Origin: a phage
Sequence record: PX393110.1
Reading direction: 5' to 3' (one strand)
DNA: 64,000 nt
The translations under genes were made by a program, and so were the position numbers. Position 1 is the stretch's first letter; each line of letters opens with the position of its first letter. The notes under the pieces are model-generated. The model was not told where the DNA came from. It ran no database searches and saw only the letters and a program-made list of their open reading frames with translations. This document shows positions 48,969 through 58,925 of this stretch, one piece after another.

Positions 48969-51590
48969 ATGGGCGGTCGTTCTAGGTTATTTAGCGAACT
49001 GGGCGGAGCTCCTCTTAATACTTATCAGCATGATAATCAGACTCTCGATATTCGCGAGTTAGAGAGTCAGCAGAAAGTATTAGACGAGACTCTTGCCGAA
49101 ACAATCGGCGATGTTAGCGAACTACAGCAGACTGCTGGACAGTCTATGTATATCCTCGGTAACTACGCTGCTGGAATGGTGATCGAGAACGACCGCCAGT
49201 ACGTCAGACATGAGAATCTGCTGTACTACTGGACTGGTCCTGTACCGTTTACCACTACTGGTAACTTCTACGAAGAATCCTACTGGACTGGTGGGGTGCA
49301 GAGTGGTATCGAATGGAGCTACGAAGTACAGGAAGATGGTGAGTTTGAGTTTGAAGTACCATACTCCTTCACCAGCGTACGCCTGTTCGTGGGTGGCGCT
49401 CGCCTTACTCGCGTAGAAGATTACACTATCGATGTGATTAATCGCAAGATCACTCTGACTAAGATTAAACTGTCGAAGGGCGTCCTGGTAACTGCCGAGC
49501 TGAATTCTCGTGATGCTCTCAGCGTTACCCAGGATCGCATCGATAGCCTTACCAGAGAGATCTCAGAGAAAGTAGGCTTTGTTAACTACAAACTTACTGA
49601 TCTGTCGGAAGGTCAGAGCCTTACCCTAACTACCAGAGTTCAGACTGTAAGCTTCTCACTAAATGGGGAGTATTACAAATGGGATGGTGTTCTTCCTAAA
49701 GTCGTTAACTATGGAGATCCGGAACCAGCTCAATCTGAGCAGGGTACTGGTAAGTGGATTCCTGTAGGTTCTGGCGCCTTGAAATCAGAACTGGGCAAAG
49801 TCAGCGACACTACTGGAGCGGTTCTTGTAGCTCTACCACAAGGCGGTAACGTGGCGAACGGTATTCGCTATGTAACTCCCGAAATGGCTGGTGCTAAAGG
49901 AGATGGTACCACTGATGACACCACAGCCGTTCGTAACGTTGTAGCTCTCGCCAAATTAACTGGTCTTAAAATCACCGGTGGAGCGAACTATAAGATCTCG
50001 AATGCTTCAATCGATATCTCTGGTACTGTCATTGAGAACCTACGTCTTAAAGGAAGTGGGTCTAGCTCTATACTGCTAGTTAATGGCAATACTGCCATAT
50101 CTAATCTAACCCTAAATAGGGTAGGTATTAGACACACTAACGGTATCTTAAACCTGGACAAATTTGAGATCAATGACTGTAGTGCTACTGCGGCTATTTT
50201 AAGCCTTCAGCTAACATCACCTGGACAAATATTTCTCACCAATGGTGTTATGCGTCGTTGTAATTACGGTTACCTTCGTCAGGGATCTCCAGCTTCTTCC
50301 CAGCCGCTGACTACTTCATTACTTCGGAATTTACAATTCTTCGATATGAAGGGTGATCCAATCGAGATCAATCTGGCGATAGCTGATACCAACACTACTA
50401 TCGATCAAATAACCATAGATAACGTGGACTCCACAGCTACCGGGAATACTAACTGGGGTATTGCTATAGGCTTAGCTGGGATGGGTAACTACTCACCCAC
50501 TGCCGCAGACTCAGAGTACATGTCTGATGTAACCATAAGTAATATTAAGATTACCGGAGCCAAACAGTGTCTGCACTTGGAGAAATGCAGAAACATTAGA
50601 ATCAGAAATATCGACATACATCCGGATTCCACTAAGTCAACCGGAGTTGGGTTGGATACTGGTGGTTTCATAGCTTATGGATGTAAAGAGATATACGTGG
50701 ATGGTGTAACTGGGTCTCCAACCAACGGAACGGAAGATATGATTCGTTTCGCTTGGGGATCTGTTAACAATGCGTTTACCTTCGCTCATCGAAATGTGCA
50801 CTTAAGAAACGTCAATGTAACAGGTACTGTTAAAGTGGAGGTTAGCTGTTCTGATACCCTAGCTTCGACTGTAGAGATGAGAAATATCAATGCAACAACG
50901 ATATCTCTCCAAGGCATGGCGTCTGAATACCAGCTGTCAGATTGGTCCGCTGAGAAGATGGTGTTGGATTTCAGATATGTTAGCGGAGATGCTAGAGATA
51001 ATTACCGTAGAAATGCGTGGTCAATTGCTACCATCAGTAATTTGAAATGCCTGAATTCTAACACTGGCGCTCCTGAGGTTACTGTACAGAACATCACTGT
51101 GGATACATTGGAAGTTTCTGGGTGTAACTTCCCTATCCAGAAGACTTTAACTGCTACCCATTGGAGAGGAACTCCTGCATGGCGGCAGAATGGTATTATT
51201 TACCACTCTAAGACCGGAACTCCTTATGGCATGGCTCTTCTTGCTGGTGACACTATCGTTGCTAGTGACGGAACTATGTTCACGGTGACCTCCCCTGGAG
51301 CTCTGTTCTACTCAAACGAAACTGTTGCGGCCGCTACTGCTGGGTCTAACGCTATTCGTTCTAAAACTAACCTTAACTGGACTGGTCAGTATTATAAGAC
51401 TGCTGGGTGTAAGGTTAAAATAGCAGGAGGTGGAGGTGCTGACGGCTCTGATTACATCGGTACTATTGTCCGCAGTGGTTATATTAACAGTGGTAATTAC
51501 TACTTTGATGTTTACCCACCACTTCAGTCTAACGTACCTGATGGCGCAGTATTAACTTCCGTAGAAGTACCAGCCTTTAAAACAGTTTAA
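48969..51590 (+). CDS. Tailspike / tail fibre protein (873 aa), beta-helix-like
   Basis: W-G-P-K motif (YYKWDGVLPKVVNYGDPEP); repeated short beta-rung-like segments. Confidence 0.5.
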   Translation: MGGRSRLFSELGGAPLNTYQHDNQTLDIRELESQQKVLDETLAETIGDVSELQQTAGQSMYILGNYAAGMVIENDRQYVRHENLLYYWTGPVPFTTTGNFYEESYWTGGVQSGIEWSYEVQEDGEFEFEVPYSFTSVRLFVGGARLTRVEDYTIDVINRKITLTKIKLSKGVLVTAELNSRDALSVTQDRIDSLTREISEKVGFVNYKLTDLSEGQSLTLTTRVQTVSFSLNGEYYKWDGVLPKVVNYGDPEPAQSEQGTGKWIPVGSGALKSELGKVSDTTGAVLVALPQGGNVANGIRYVTPEMAGAKGDGTTDDTTAVRNVVALAKLTGLKITGGANYKISNASIDISGTVIENLRLKGSGSSSILLVNGNTAISNLTLNRVGIRHTNGILNLDKFEINDCSATAAILSLQLTSPGQIFLTNGVMRRCNYGYLRQGSPASSQPLTTSLLRNLQFFDMKGDPIEINLAIADTNTTIDQITIDNVDSTATGNTNWGIAIGLAGMGNYSPTAADSEYMSDVTISNIKITGAKQCLHLEKCRNIRIRNIDIHPDSTKSTGVGLDTGGFIAYGCKEIYVDGVTGSPTNGTEDMIRFAWGSVNNAFTFAHRNVHLRNVNVTGTVKVEVSCSDTLASTVEMRNINATTISLQGMASEYQLSDWSAEKMVLDFRYVSGDARDNYRRNAWSIATISNLKCLNSNTGAPEVTVQNITVDTLEVSGCNFPIQKTLTATHWRGTPAWRQNGIIYHSKTGTPYGMALLAGDTIVASDGTMFTVTSPGALFYSNETVAAATAGSNAIRSKTNLNWTGQYYKTAGCKVKIAGGGGADGSDYIGTIVRSGYINSGNYYFDVYPPLQSNVPDGAVLTSVEVPAFKTV

Positions 51591-51614
51591 TAGATTAAAC
51601 TGAGGAGATTATTG

Positions 51615-53066
51615 ATGTCCACCCAATTGCCAGATAGTCTGCAGCCAAGCAGCCTTAAGTATAAAGGTGACTATGCGGCTGGTATTTACCTTAACGGAAA
51701 CCACTGCATCCTTCGCTTTGTACGCACTGATGGTAAGAAGGTGTTGGTTAAGTGGGTGGGGGAAGTCCCCCACACCACCGACGGCGAGACTCCGTATACC
51801 GATACCGACCAAACTACTCTTAAAGCTGGTTACGAGCTCTTCTCCCAGACGAATGCAGTAGACTTCATTATTTCAATGTTCAGTTCCTCCACATCCTGGC
51901 GCTATATCGGCCAGGTTAACTCTGTGGAAGATCTGAAGACTATCACTCCTAAGGATGGCGATCGAGTGATAGTTAAAGGCTACTTCGGGGAAGGTACTCC
52001 CGGAGGTGGTGAGTTCCGAGTTAAGACTACCAATGACTCTATTCCTTCGGACAGTAAGGATGTAGTCAATGGTTGGGTACGAGTTCGTCGTAGCAAGGAG
52101 TATCACGCTACCGAGTTTGGTGCTGTTCCTGATAAGTTAACTGACTCTACTGGTCAGGTTCAGGATATGCTCACTACTATCACCACTGGTCTGGCTATAA
52201 TTGATCCTGGTGTTAAGTATACCCTAGCTAACTTAACTATCAAGCCTGGCGTCCAGATTCTGGATATGTCTGGATGGGACGGTAGTTCATGGACGGCTGC
52301 AGTGAGATTCATCAGTAACTCTACTGATGGGTTGATAATCTCTTCTGCATCCAATGCTAACCTTAACCTCAACAGTAACAACGGGTTAGCCAGAGCTAAG
52401 GTATCTTACAGCGTAAGCGGAACTAAGATCTGGGAATCGGGTATGAGCGATGACTCTAACCGAGACTGGCATGTTCTTCGAGGATCTGAGTCTCGTTACC
52501 GTGTGGTATCTGCTTCCCAGGCTCACGCATGGAACAGAGATACCATAGTTGAAGGTGTCGATTACCACTACGGTAAGAGAGCATCTGAGAATCATGTTCT
52601 TCGCTACGATGCAGTGAGTACTGGCTATGATATCATTCATACCTATTACCACGGTACCACTCTCACCTCTAAGATAACCCATAAAGGCGATGGATCAGTA
52701 ATCCTGACCCAGAATGGTAAGGATACCATCAAGATAGTAGATGGTGTAATGACTGGTGCCCTGAAGAAGATCATCACGTCTACAGCTAACGTAACTCTTA
52801 CTGCAGCTGATACTGGTGCTATTTGCACTACTGATGGTGCCACTTCTTCGGTTACCATTACCCTGCCAGTAGCTGTTCCTGGTATGACCTATGATGTACT
52901 CGTAGGTGCCAACTACAGCGTATCAGTGAAAACTGGCGGTACAGATCTCTTCCGTAATGGGAACGCTACTGTTTCTAACTCGGATAAGGGATCCTGGTTA
53001 CGCTTAGTTTGCGCTATCTCCGGTTACTGGGAGATGGATACTGTTCAGGGTACCTGGGCAAGTTAA
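51615..53066 (+). CDS. Tail fibre protein (484 aa)
   Basis: ATG at 51615 with GAGGAG RBS (the track begins 3 nt earlier at a TTG); Ser/Thr/Gly-rich fibre-like composition. Confidence 0.45.
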   Translation: MSTQLPDSLQPSSLKYKGDYAAGIYLNGNHCILRFVRTDGKKVLVKWVGEVPHTTDGETPYTDTDQTTLKAGYELFSQTNAVDFIISMFSSSTSWRYIGQVNSVEDLKTITPKDGDRVIVKGYFGEGTPGGGEFRVKTTNDSIPSDSKDVVNGWVRVRRSKEYHATEFGAVPDKLTDSTGQVQDMLTTITTGLAIIDPGVKYTLANLTIKPGVQILDMSGWDGSSWTAAVRFISNSTDGLIISSASNANLNLNSNNGLARAKVSYSVSGTKIWESGMSDDSNRDWHVLRGSESRYRVVSASQAHAWNRDTIVEGVDYHYGKRASENHVLRYDAVSTGYDIIHTYYHGTTLTSKITHKGDGSVILTQNGKDTIKIVDGVMTGALKKIITSTANVTLTAADTGAICTTDGATSSVTITLPVAVPGMTYDVLVGANYSVSVKTGGTDLFRNGNATVSNSDKGSWLRLVCAISGYWEMDTVQGTWAS

Positions 53067-53082
53067 TTAAACGGAGACTACT

Positions 53083-53904
53083 ATGTCCTTTATGGTATTG
53101 GCCGAAAGTGGCCACATAGCTTTAGCTAAAACGGTGCATGATGCAAATCTGCACTTTGCATGGGGCACCATCCCAGATGCTGTAGCTGCTCCAGAAACCA
53201 TGTCTGCCTCCGCGGTAGATGGTGGTACTCTGGATCCTGCCACGTATACTTATGTGGTTACTGCAGCCAACAAATTCGGTGAAACCACCGCATCCATGGC
53301 TGCTACTGCTACTATCGTTGCTTCGGCTTCTCAGCAGTCTATTCAGTTAAACTGGGGTGCATCTGCGAATGCTGAGAAATACATCATCTATCGCCAGGGC
53401 ACCAACTCCTATGATAAAATTGGTGAGTCTACTTCTAATACTTTTACTGATAACGGCAGCACTACTCCAGATAGCTCGGTTAATCCTCCTACGACGAACA
53501 CTACATTCCCGTCTGCATGGACTAAACCAGCACCTAACCCGGACCCGTCGCTACCTGATATGTATGCTGAAGTCGGACGCCGTAAGATCCTCACCAAGGA
53601 ATATGTGAAACAGGATCCTAATGGTACCATCGAGACTTCAGAAGGAAAGTGGTCTATCTCCGATAAGCCAACTAAGCATCTGTATCTGCATGTTCAGTTT
53701 AACTATACTGATGCTCCAGATGACATGATCTACCAGTTCGCTATCTTCATAGGGACTGTACCTACTGATGGTAATGAGAATGCTCTTTACCTCACCCCAG
53801 ATATGATTAAGGAAAAGGGAGAGATGCTCGGAATTGAGAACCATACCCTGATTATTCGTGAGTCCACTACCCGCGAAGGTCATTCCGTCATCCTCACGTT
53901 CTAA
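53083..53904 (+). CDS. Tail fibre-associated protein with an FN3-like segment
   Basis: 273 aa; YTYVVTAANKFGETTAS...QSIQLNWGASANAEKYIIYRQ resembles a fibronectin type III beta-sandwich. Confidence 0.35.
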   Translation: MSFMVLAESGHIALAKTVHDANLHFAWGTIPDAVAAPETMSASAVDGGTLDPATYTYVVTAANKFGETTASMAATATIVASASQQSIQLNWGASANAEKYIIYRQGTNSYDKIGESTSNTFTDNGSTTPDSSVNPPTTNTTFPSAWTKPAPNPDPSLPDMYAEVGRRKILTKEYVKQDPNGTIETSEGKWSISDKPTKHLYLHVQFNYTDAPDDMIYQFAIFIGTVPTDGNENALYLTPDMIKEKGEMLGIENHTLIIRESTTREGHSVILTF

Positions 53905-53915
53905 CGGAGTAATAA

Positions 53916-56900
53916 ATGGCAACTTTACCGTCTGATTACTTTAACAGATTCGCGGCTAAGAAGAACTATGCCAAGCATCTGTTTATCGCGGACAGACCGC
54001 TCCAGAGCTCGGAGCTAAATGAAATTCAGGATCAGCAGCTCAATAACGTCTCTACACTGTCCGGCTTCTTGGTCGGTGATGGTGCCATTACTGATGGGGC
54101 GGATATTTCCGCTCTTGGGGACGGTGTGATCTCTATCACTGAGGGTACGTTAATCTATGCCGGTATGGCTATGAACGTACCCGCTGTTACGGATGCATCG
54201 TTCCCGACTGCTGGAGAGGCTGTTTTAGGTGTATCTATCTCTGATAAGGTAATCACCTATCTCGATGATCCTGAGCTTCTCATGCAGTATCAGAACTCTC
54301 CGAGCTATGGTTCAGCTGGTGCTGACCGTCTCCAGAAGGTGACTACTTGGCTGTTAGCCGATGATGTCCCAGAGGGAGATACCTTCTTCCCAGTATTCTA
54401 CTTCAAGAATGGCGTACTGGTAAAAACCACTAAGTCTCGTAACGATCTCGACCAGTTCTCTGGTCTTCTGGGTCGCTACGACTCTGATACCCATGGTAAC
54501 TACGTACTGGATGGCCTTACTCTGTCCTATGCAGGTATCGATGGTTCCACCCAGCAGATCATGTTGAACATGGCTGCGGGCAAGGCTCGTGTACTTGGCA
54601 ACGAAGCACTGTTCGCCTATGAAAGTACCGTGCGTCTGGACCCTATCAACGATACCGGTAACGTAGCTTCCGAGCCGTATGTGTTTACAGCAGGTACTTA
54701 TACCTATCAATTGCGCTACTCTGTAATTGATCAGGTAACTGCTGTTTCTGGTACTAAGCAGGTAACTCGTACGGTAACTCATGGCTCCGCAACGGGTTCG
54801 TCTGACTTACTTCCGGATACTCCTGTTCTGCAGATTATTTCTGTGCAGCAGGGTGGTACTGTCTACGTTAAAGGTAGTGACTATGTACAGAACGGGGACT
54901 CTGTAGACTGGTCACCTACTGGTAACGAACCATCTCCTGGTTCTACTTATCAGGTTACGTACCAGTACATTGACCAGTTCATCCCGACCTGGAACGATAC
55001 CTCTATCACTATTTCCACCAGTGATGCTCTGGTATCTGGGTCTACGTTCTACGTAACCTACTCTTACTTCCTGTCTCGCTATGACCGTGTATCTATCGAT
55101 GCCTCCGGCGCGGTGCAGATTACTAAGGGTATTCCAGCAATCCTGGCGAATGCTCAGTTGCCAGGTACTTCCGCTACGTTGCTGTCCATTGCAACTATTC
55201 GTCTGACTAAAGGTCAGGATCCGGTCATCAACAATGATCGTATCGAAGTAGTTACTTATAATGAGCTGAAAGATCTGATGTCTCTGGTAAGCGACATGCA
55301 GTACAACATCGCCCAGCTTTCGCTTCGTGATGAAACTCGCTCTACCGATCCGACTACGACTAAGAAAGGTGTGGTAGTTGACTCTCTGCTTAACGGTAAC
55401 ATGCGTGATGATGGTCTTACCAACAACGCCATCGTTGATGAAGGTCAGCTGTTCATCGGAGCATCTTTCTCTCGTCAGTCTAGCCTGGCTCCTGATGGTC
55501 TTATGTTATCGTTTACCGATACCGTAATTCAGTCTCAGGAATTCCGTACCAAGGATACTCGCATCAACCCGTATGCTGGTTCCGGCCAGGTACCTCAGGC
55601 GATGATCTCTGTGTCTCCAGCTAAGATCGATACTCGTGGCTTCTGGTCGTACTTCCATGGTGGATTCCTGCCAGTGGATACTACGATTACGATTAAGCTG
55701 TCTGGGTATGCTGCTAATGAGCAGATTGATCTTACGTTCCGTAACCTCGCAGTGGTTACCTTGGTTGCGGATGACAACGGTACAGCACAGTATGCTCATA
55801 TGCTATCTGGTGGCTTGATTAACGGTACGTATCAGTATGTTGCTACCGGTAAGACTACTAAGGCTGTGACTCGCGGTACAGTAACCATCTACAACTCCGG
55901 TAGGGTCGACTACGGTCAGAACTGGACTGGTGGTGCTGTGCCATGGGGTTACGACCCAGTAGCTCAGACTTTCACTATCCAGGCTACTCGTGATATTAAC
56001 GCAGTGTCTATCTACCTAACTGAACTGCCTACTAACACGCTCCAGATTAAACTGGTTCCGACTAAGGTCGGTATTCCGGACTCTACCCAGCTTTACGGCT
56101 TCGGTGAAGTTCCGGCTAATAAATGCGTGCTGGGATGGAACAAGATCAATCTTCGTTATCCAGTAACGGTAACTGGCGGTACTGAGTACTCCATCATCGT
56201 CGCTACGGCTAACTATCAGGGTAAGGTGGCTACAGCTAAGATTAACGGGTACGATACCGATAAGAAACAGTATGTAGTGAATCAGCCAGCGCAGGGTGTA
56301 CTGTTAACTTCTGCGAACGAATCTACCTGGTCTCCGGTTCAGGATGAAGACTTGATGTATCGTCTCCATGCCACTAACTATGGCTCTACCCGTACCGTGA
56401 ACTTAGGTTCTGTAACAGTAGCTAGCAATACCAACAGTCTGTCACTGACTGCTGATATTGAGACTCCGGCAAATACCTCCGTGAGATTCTACCTCACTAA
56501 CGGTACTGATAACATTAACCTCAACGTTAACTCTGAAACGTACACTGAGAACTTCTCTGGTACTTTCAGTCTGATGGCAGAGTTTAATACTGGTGATCCT
56601 ACTGTATCTCCGAAGGTCTTCGGTGGCGTCATCTTCCGTTCTGGCACTACTGATACTCCTGGGGTATATACCCAGCGTCAGTTCAGTATTCCTAACGGTA
56701 ACGTTACTCCGGTAACGCTTAACGTCATCCTGGATCAGTATGTGCCATCTGGTGCCAGCGTAACTGTTCAGTACCAGAATGGTAGTAACTGGGTAGCCTT
56801 GACTGGGGGCACCGGAACCGCTCTGGGAGATGGGTGGTATACCGTACCTTACAAACTGTCAGGAGTCAATGTGGCTAATACCCGCATCCGTATCATCCTG

Positions 56901-56960
56901 TCTCTGTCTAACCCAGTTAACCGTCCGTTCGTTAAGAACGTTCGCGCATACTTTAGCTAA
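53916..56960 (+). CDS. Large tail fibre / tailspike protein (1014 aa)
   Basis: Largest ORF of the fibre cluster; Thr/Ser/Gly/Val-rich beta-type composition. Confidence 0.5.
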   Translation: MATLPSDYFNRFAAKKNYAKHLFIADRPLQSSELNEIQDQQLNNVSTLSGFLVGDGAITDGADISALGDGVISITEGTLIYAGMAMNVPAVTDASFPTAGEAVLGVSISDKVITYLDDPELLMQYQNSPSYGSAGADRLQKVTTWLLADDVPEGDTFFPVFYFKNGVLVKTTKSRNDLDQFSGLLGRYDSDTHGNYVLDGLTLSYAGIDGSTQQIMLNMAAGKARVLGNEALFAYESTVRLDPINDTGNVASEPYVFTAGTYTYQLRYSVIDQVTAVSGTKQVTRTVTHGSATGSSDLLPDTPVLQIISVQQGGTVYVKGSDYVQNGDSVDWSPTGNEPSPGSTYQVTYQYIDQFIPTWNDTSITISTSDALVSGSTFYVTYSYFLSRYDRVSIDASGAVQITKGIPAILANAQLPGTSATLLSIATIRLTKGQDPVINNDRIEVVTYNELKDLMSLVSDMQYNIAQLSLRDETRSTDPTTTKKGVVVDSLLNGNMRDDGLTNNAIVDEGQLFIGASFSRQSSLAPDGLMLSFTDTVIQSQEFRTKDTRINPYAGSGQVPQAMISVSPAKIDTRGFWSYFHGGFLPVDTTITIKLSGYAANEQIDLTFRNLAVVTLVADDNGTAQYAHMLSGGLINGTYQYVATGKTTKAVTRGTVTIYNSGRVDYGQNWTGGAVPWGYDPVAQTFTIQATRDINAVSIYLTELPTNTLQIKLVPTKVGIPDSTQLYGFGEVPANKCVLGWNKINLRYPVTVTGGTEYSIIVATANYQGKVATAKINGYDTDKKQYVVNQPAQGVLLTSANESTWSPVQDEDLMYRLHATNYGSTRTVNLGSVTVASNTNSLSLTADIETPANTSVRFYLTNGTDNINLNVNSETYTENFSGTFSLMAEFNTGDPTVSPKVFGGVIFRSGTTDTPGVYTQRQFSIPNGNVTPVTLNVILDQYVPSGASVTVQYQNGSNWVALTGGTGTALGDGWYTVPYKLSGVNVANTRIRIILSLSNPVNRPFVKNVRAYFS

Positions 56961-56969
56961 GGAGTAAAC

Positions 56970-57146
56970 ATGTCTAGCAACGAACCATGGTTCAAGACTG
57001 GATTCGAAACCGAGATACCGGCCGTAGCGCCGGTAAACTCAATCTTCCAGTCCTTACAGGGTAAAAGATGGAGATTTGATGGCCAGGGATGGGTCGAAAT
57101 AGAGTCTCTACAGGCGGCTCTCCAGAGAAAACAGGCTCAGAAATGA
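56970..57146 (+). CDS. Small protein (58 aa), below the ORF-track threshold
   Basis: ATG at 56970 preceded by AAGGAGTAAAC; translation MSSNEPWFKTGFETEIPAVAPVNSIFQSLQGKRWRFDGQGWVEIESLQAALQRKQAQK; fills the gap between the fibre and endolysin genes. Confidence 0.4.
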   Translation: MSSNEPWFKTGFETEIPAVAPVNSIFQSLQGKRWRFDGQGWVEIESLQAALQRKQAQK

Positions 57147-57170
57147 GTCTTAACTAGGTAGGGGTATAAT

Positions 57171-57818
57171 ATGGGCGTTACACTTGACCAGCTGAAGAAG
57201 TTCCTCCCAACGACTTCAACGGAAGTACTGGAAAAGCTACTGCCTGCCATTAATACTACTATCGAGCGTTACGGTATCAATACCAATCGTCGTCTGCGCT
57301 ATTTTATGGCGCAGACTGCTTTTGAAACTCGGGACTACACTAAATTTGTGGAGTCCCTGTATTATACCACTGCGTCTCGTCTGGTAGATGTATGGCCGAG
57401 CAGATTTACTCTTCGTGGCGAGCCTGGGAAGCTTAATGCGACTGCTTATATACGCGATTCAGAGAAATTGGCTAATCAGGTATATGCTAATCGCATGGGT
57501 AACGGGAATCCGGCCAGTGGTGATGGGTACAAGTACATTGGTCGTGGCGCGATGCATCTAACTGGCAAAGCAAACTATCGTGAAGCCTCATTGGATATCT
57601 TCGGCGATGACCGTTTGGTAGAAGACCCAGAGTTAGTCGCGACGGATTTCGAGACGATCATGCTTACTGCAGGATGGTTCTGGGATAAAAATAAATTAAA
57701 TCAATTAGCAGATCAGGACGCATTCACCAAAGTAACCCAGAAGATAAATGGGTCTGCTGCGACCGTACCTGACCGACTGCCTGTACTACGCAGAGCAAAT
57801 CAGACTTTAACTCTTTAA
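57171..57818 (+). CDS. Endolysin, GH19-type (chitinase-class lysozyme)
   Basis: FMAQTAFETRDY and GDGYKYIGRGAMHLTGKANY match the GH19 catalytic core. Confidence 0.7.
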   Translation: MGVTLDQLKKFLPTTSTEVLEKLLPAINTTIERYGINTNRRLRYFMAQTAFETRDYTKFVESLYYTTASRLVDVWPSRFTLRGEPGKLNATAYIRDSEKLANQVYANRMGNGNPASGDGYKYIGRGAMHLTGKANYREASLDIFGDDRLVEDPELVATDFETIMLTAGWFWDKNKLNQLADQDAFTKVTQKINGSAATVPDRLPVLRRANQTLTL

Positions 57819-57832
57819 TATGGTGATCAATA

Positions 57833-58249
57833 ATGGACAATATCCTGGATGTAATTGATGGCACCAAGATCGATGATTACATCGCTCTTGCACTAGCCAT
57901 CATCGGCTTCGCATCAGTGCTGGTGCAAGCTCTGGAGAAGATCGCTAAGATCACTCCTAATACTAAAGACGACGAATACATTGGGGTAATTAAGAAATAC
58001 CTCGGTTATGCATCGTCCATCTTAAACTTCGTCGCTCTGAACTTGCCTAAATCAGCTGCCAGGGTAGATAAGAAAGCTGCCGCTCAGGATGAGCAGAAAG
58101 TGCAGACCATGGATAAAGCTAAGCAGGTTCTTTCCGACGTAGTCCAAACTCAGGATGATCCGCACCTAGTGAGTAAGGCTACCCAGGCTATTGATGCCCT
58201 TGATTACGGTAAGTCTCTGATCAAAAATCCAGAGGGTAAAAAGGAGTAA
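57833..58249 (+). CDS. Membrane protein, holin candidate
   Basis: 138 aa with one hydrophobic segment (YIALALAIIGFASVLVQAL); directly downstream of the endolysin. Confidence 0.35.
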   Translation: MDNILDVIDGTKIDDYIALALAIIGFASVLVQALEKIAKITPNTKDDEYIGVIKKYLGYASSILNFVALNLPKSAARVDKKAAAQDEQKVQTMDKAKQVLSDVVQTQDDPHLVSKATQAIDALDYGKSLIKNPEGKKE

Positions 58250-58252
58250 GGT

Positions 58253-58483
58253 ATGAAAGCTCTTACTCTTATTCTTCAGCTTATTACCCTACTCGTATCT
58301 GCTATGCAGACTCGCTCTCGGGAGAAGAAAGATGAAGAAATTAAAAATGACCCTACTGGTGCTTGGGAGTCTAAGTTTGGTAAGCTGCAACAGCCTACCG
58401 GTACAGATGCAGACGCCGAAGGTAAGGTGCGACCGTCCACCGATAGCAGCGATAGCGGAAAAAGACGGGATCAGGATTCCTAA
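58253..58483 (+). CDS. Putative i-spanin (N-terminal TM segment)
   Basis: 76 aa; N-terminal hydrophobic helix ALTLILQLITLLVSAM; strong RBS AAGGAG; overlaps the lipoprotein ORF in another frame. Confidence 0.4.
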   Translation: MKALTLILQLITLLVSAMQTRSREKKDEEIKNDPTGAWESKFGKLQQPTGTDADAEGKVRPSTDSSDSGKRRDQDS

Positions 58484-58541
58484 CGCTGAATTAGCTAAAT
58501 TGGTATCTTATATAGATTGCCTAGAGAGCAATCAGAAGTGA
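58332..58541 (+). CDS. Putative o-spanin (lipoprotein, lipobox LVSC)
   Basis: 69 aa; signal peptide MKKLKMTLLVLGSLSLVSC with lipobox cysteine; starts inside the i-spanin candidate in the +1 frame and extends beyond it. Confidence 0.45.
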   Translation: MKKLKMTLLVLGSLSLVSCNSLPVQMQTPKVRCDRPPIAAIAEKDGIRIPNAELAKLVSYIDCLESNQK

Positions 58542-58551
58542 GGAATCTTGT

Positions 58552-58884
58552 ATGCGCGAGAGGGAAGAGTCTGAGTTCGGTGGACACCAACTCGATAGGC
58601 TAGCGAGACTTGAATCTAACCAGAAGTTTCAGGGAGTAATCCTTGATCAACTTATGGAGTCTTCTCGTAAGCAGACGGAGATATTAGCGGATATCCGTGA
58701 GCTAGTCGTTGCACAGAATTTCATGTCTAAGAAGATTTCTGACCTTGAAGATGAGCAGGATGATCTAAGGAAGGAGATTAAGGAAGTAAATGACAAGATT
58801 AAATTCTGGAGTGGTGCGTTAGCAATTATTAGTGTACTGGTAGGATTGTTTAACGACGCCATCATCGGCATCTTTAAGCACTAA
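58552..58884 (+). CDS. Coiled-coil protein with C-terminal transmembrane anchor (lysis-associated?)
   Basis: 110 aa; heptad-rich N-terminal region, C-terminal hydrophobic segment WSGALAIISVLVGLF; last gene of the plus-strand block. Confidence 0.35.
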   Translation: MREREESEFGGHQLDRLARLESNQKFQGVILDQLMESSRKQTEILADIRELVVAQNFMSKKISDLEDEQDDLRKEIKEVNDKIKFWSGALAIISVLVGLFNDAIIGIFKH

Positions 58885-58890
58885 ATAAAT

Positions 58891-58925
58891 GGGACTCACT
58901 CGTGATAGAGTGAGTCCCATTTTTG
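58891..58925. terminator. Bidirectional rho-independent terminator at the convergent junction
   Basis: 11-bp stem GGGACTCACTC / GAGTGAGTCCC with a 7-nt loop; TTTTT on the plus side and an A-rich run on the other side. Confidence 0.7.
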
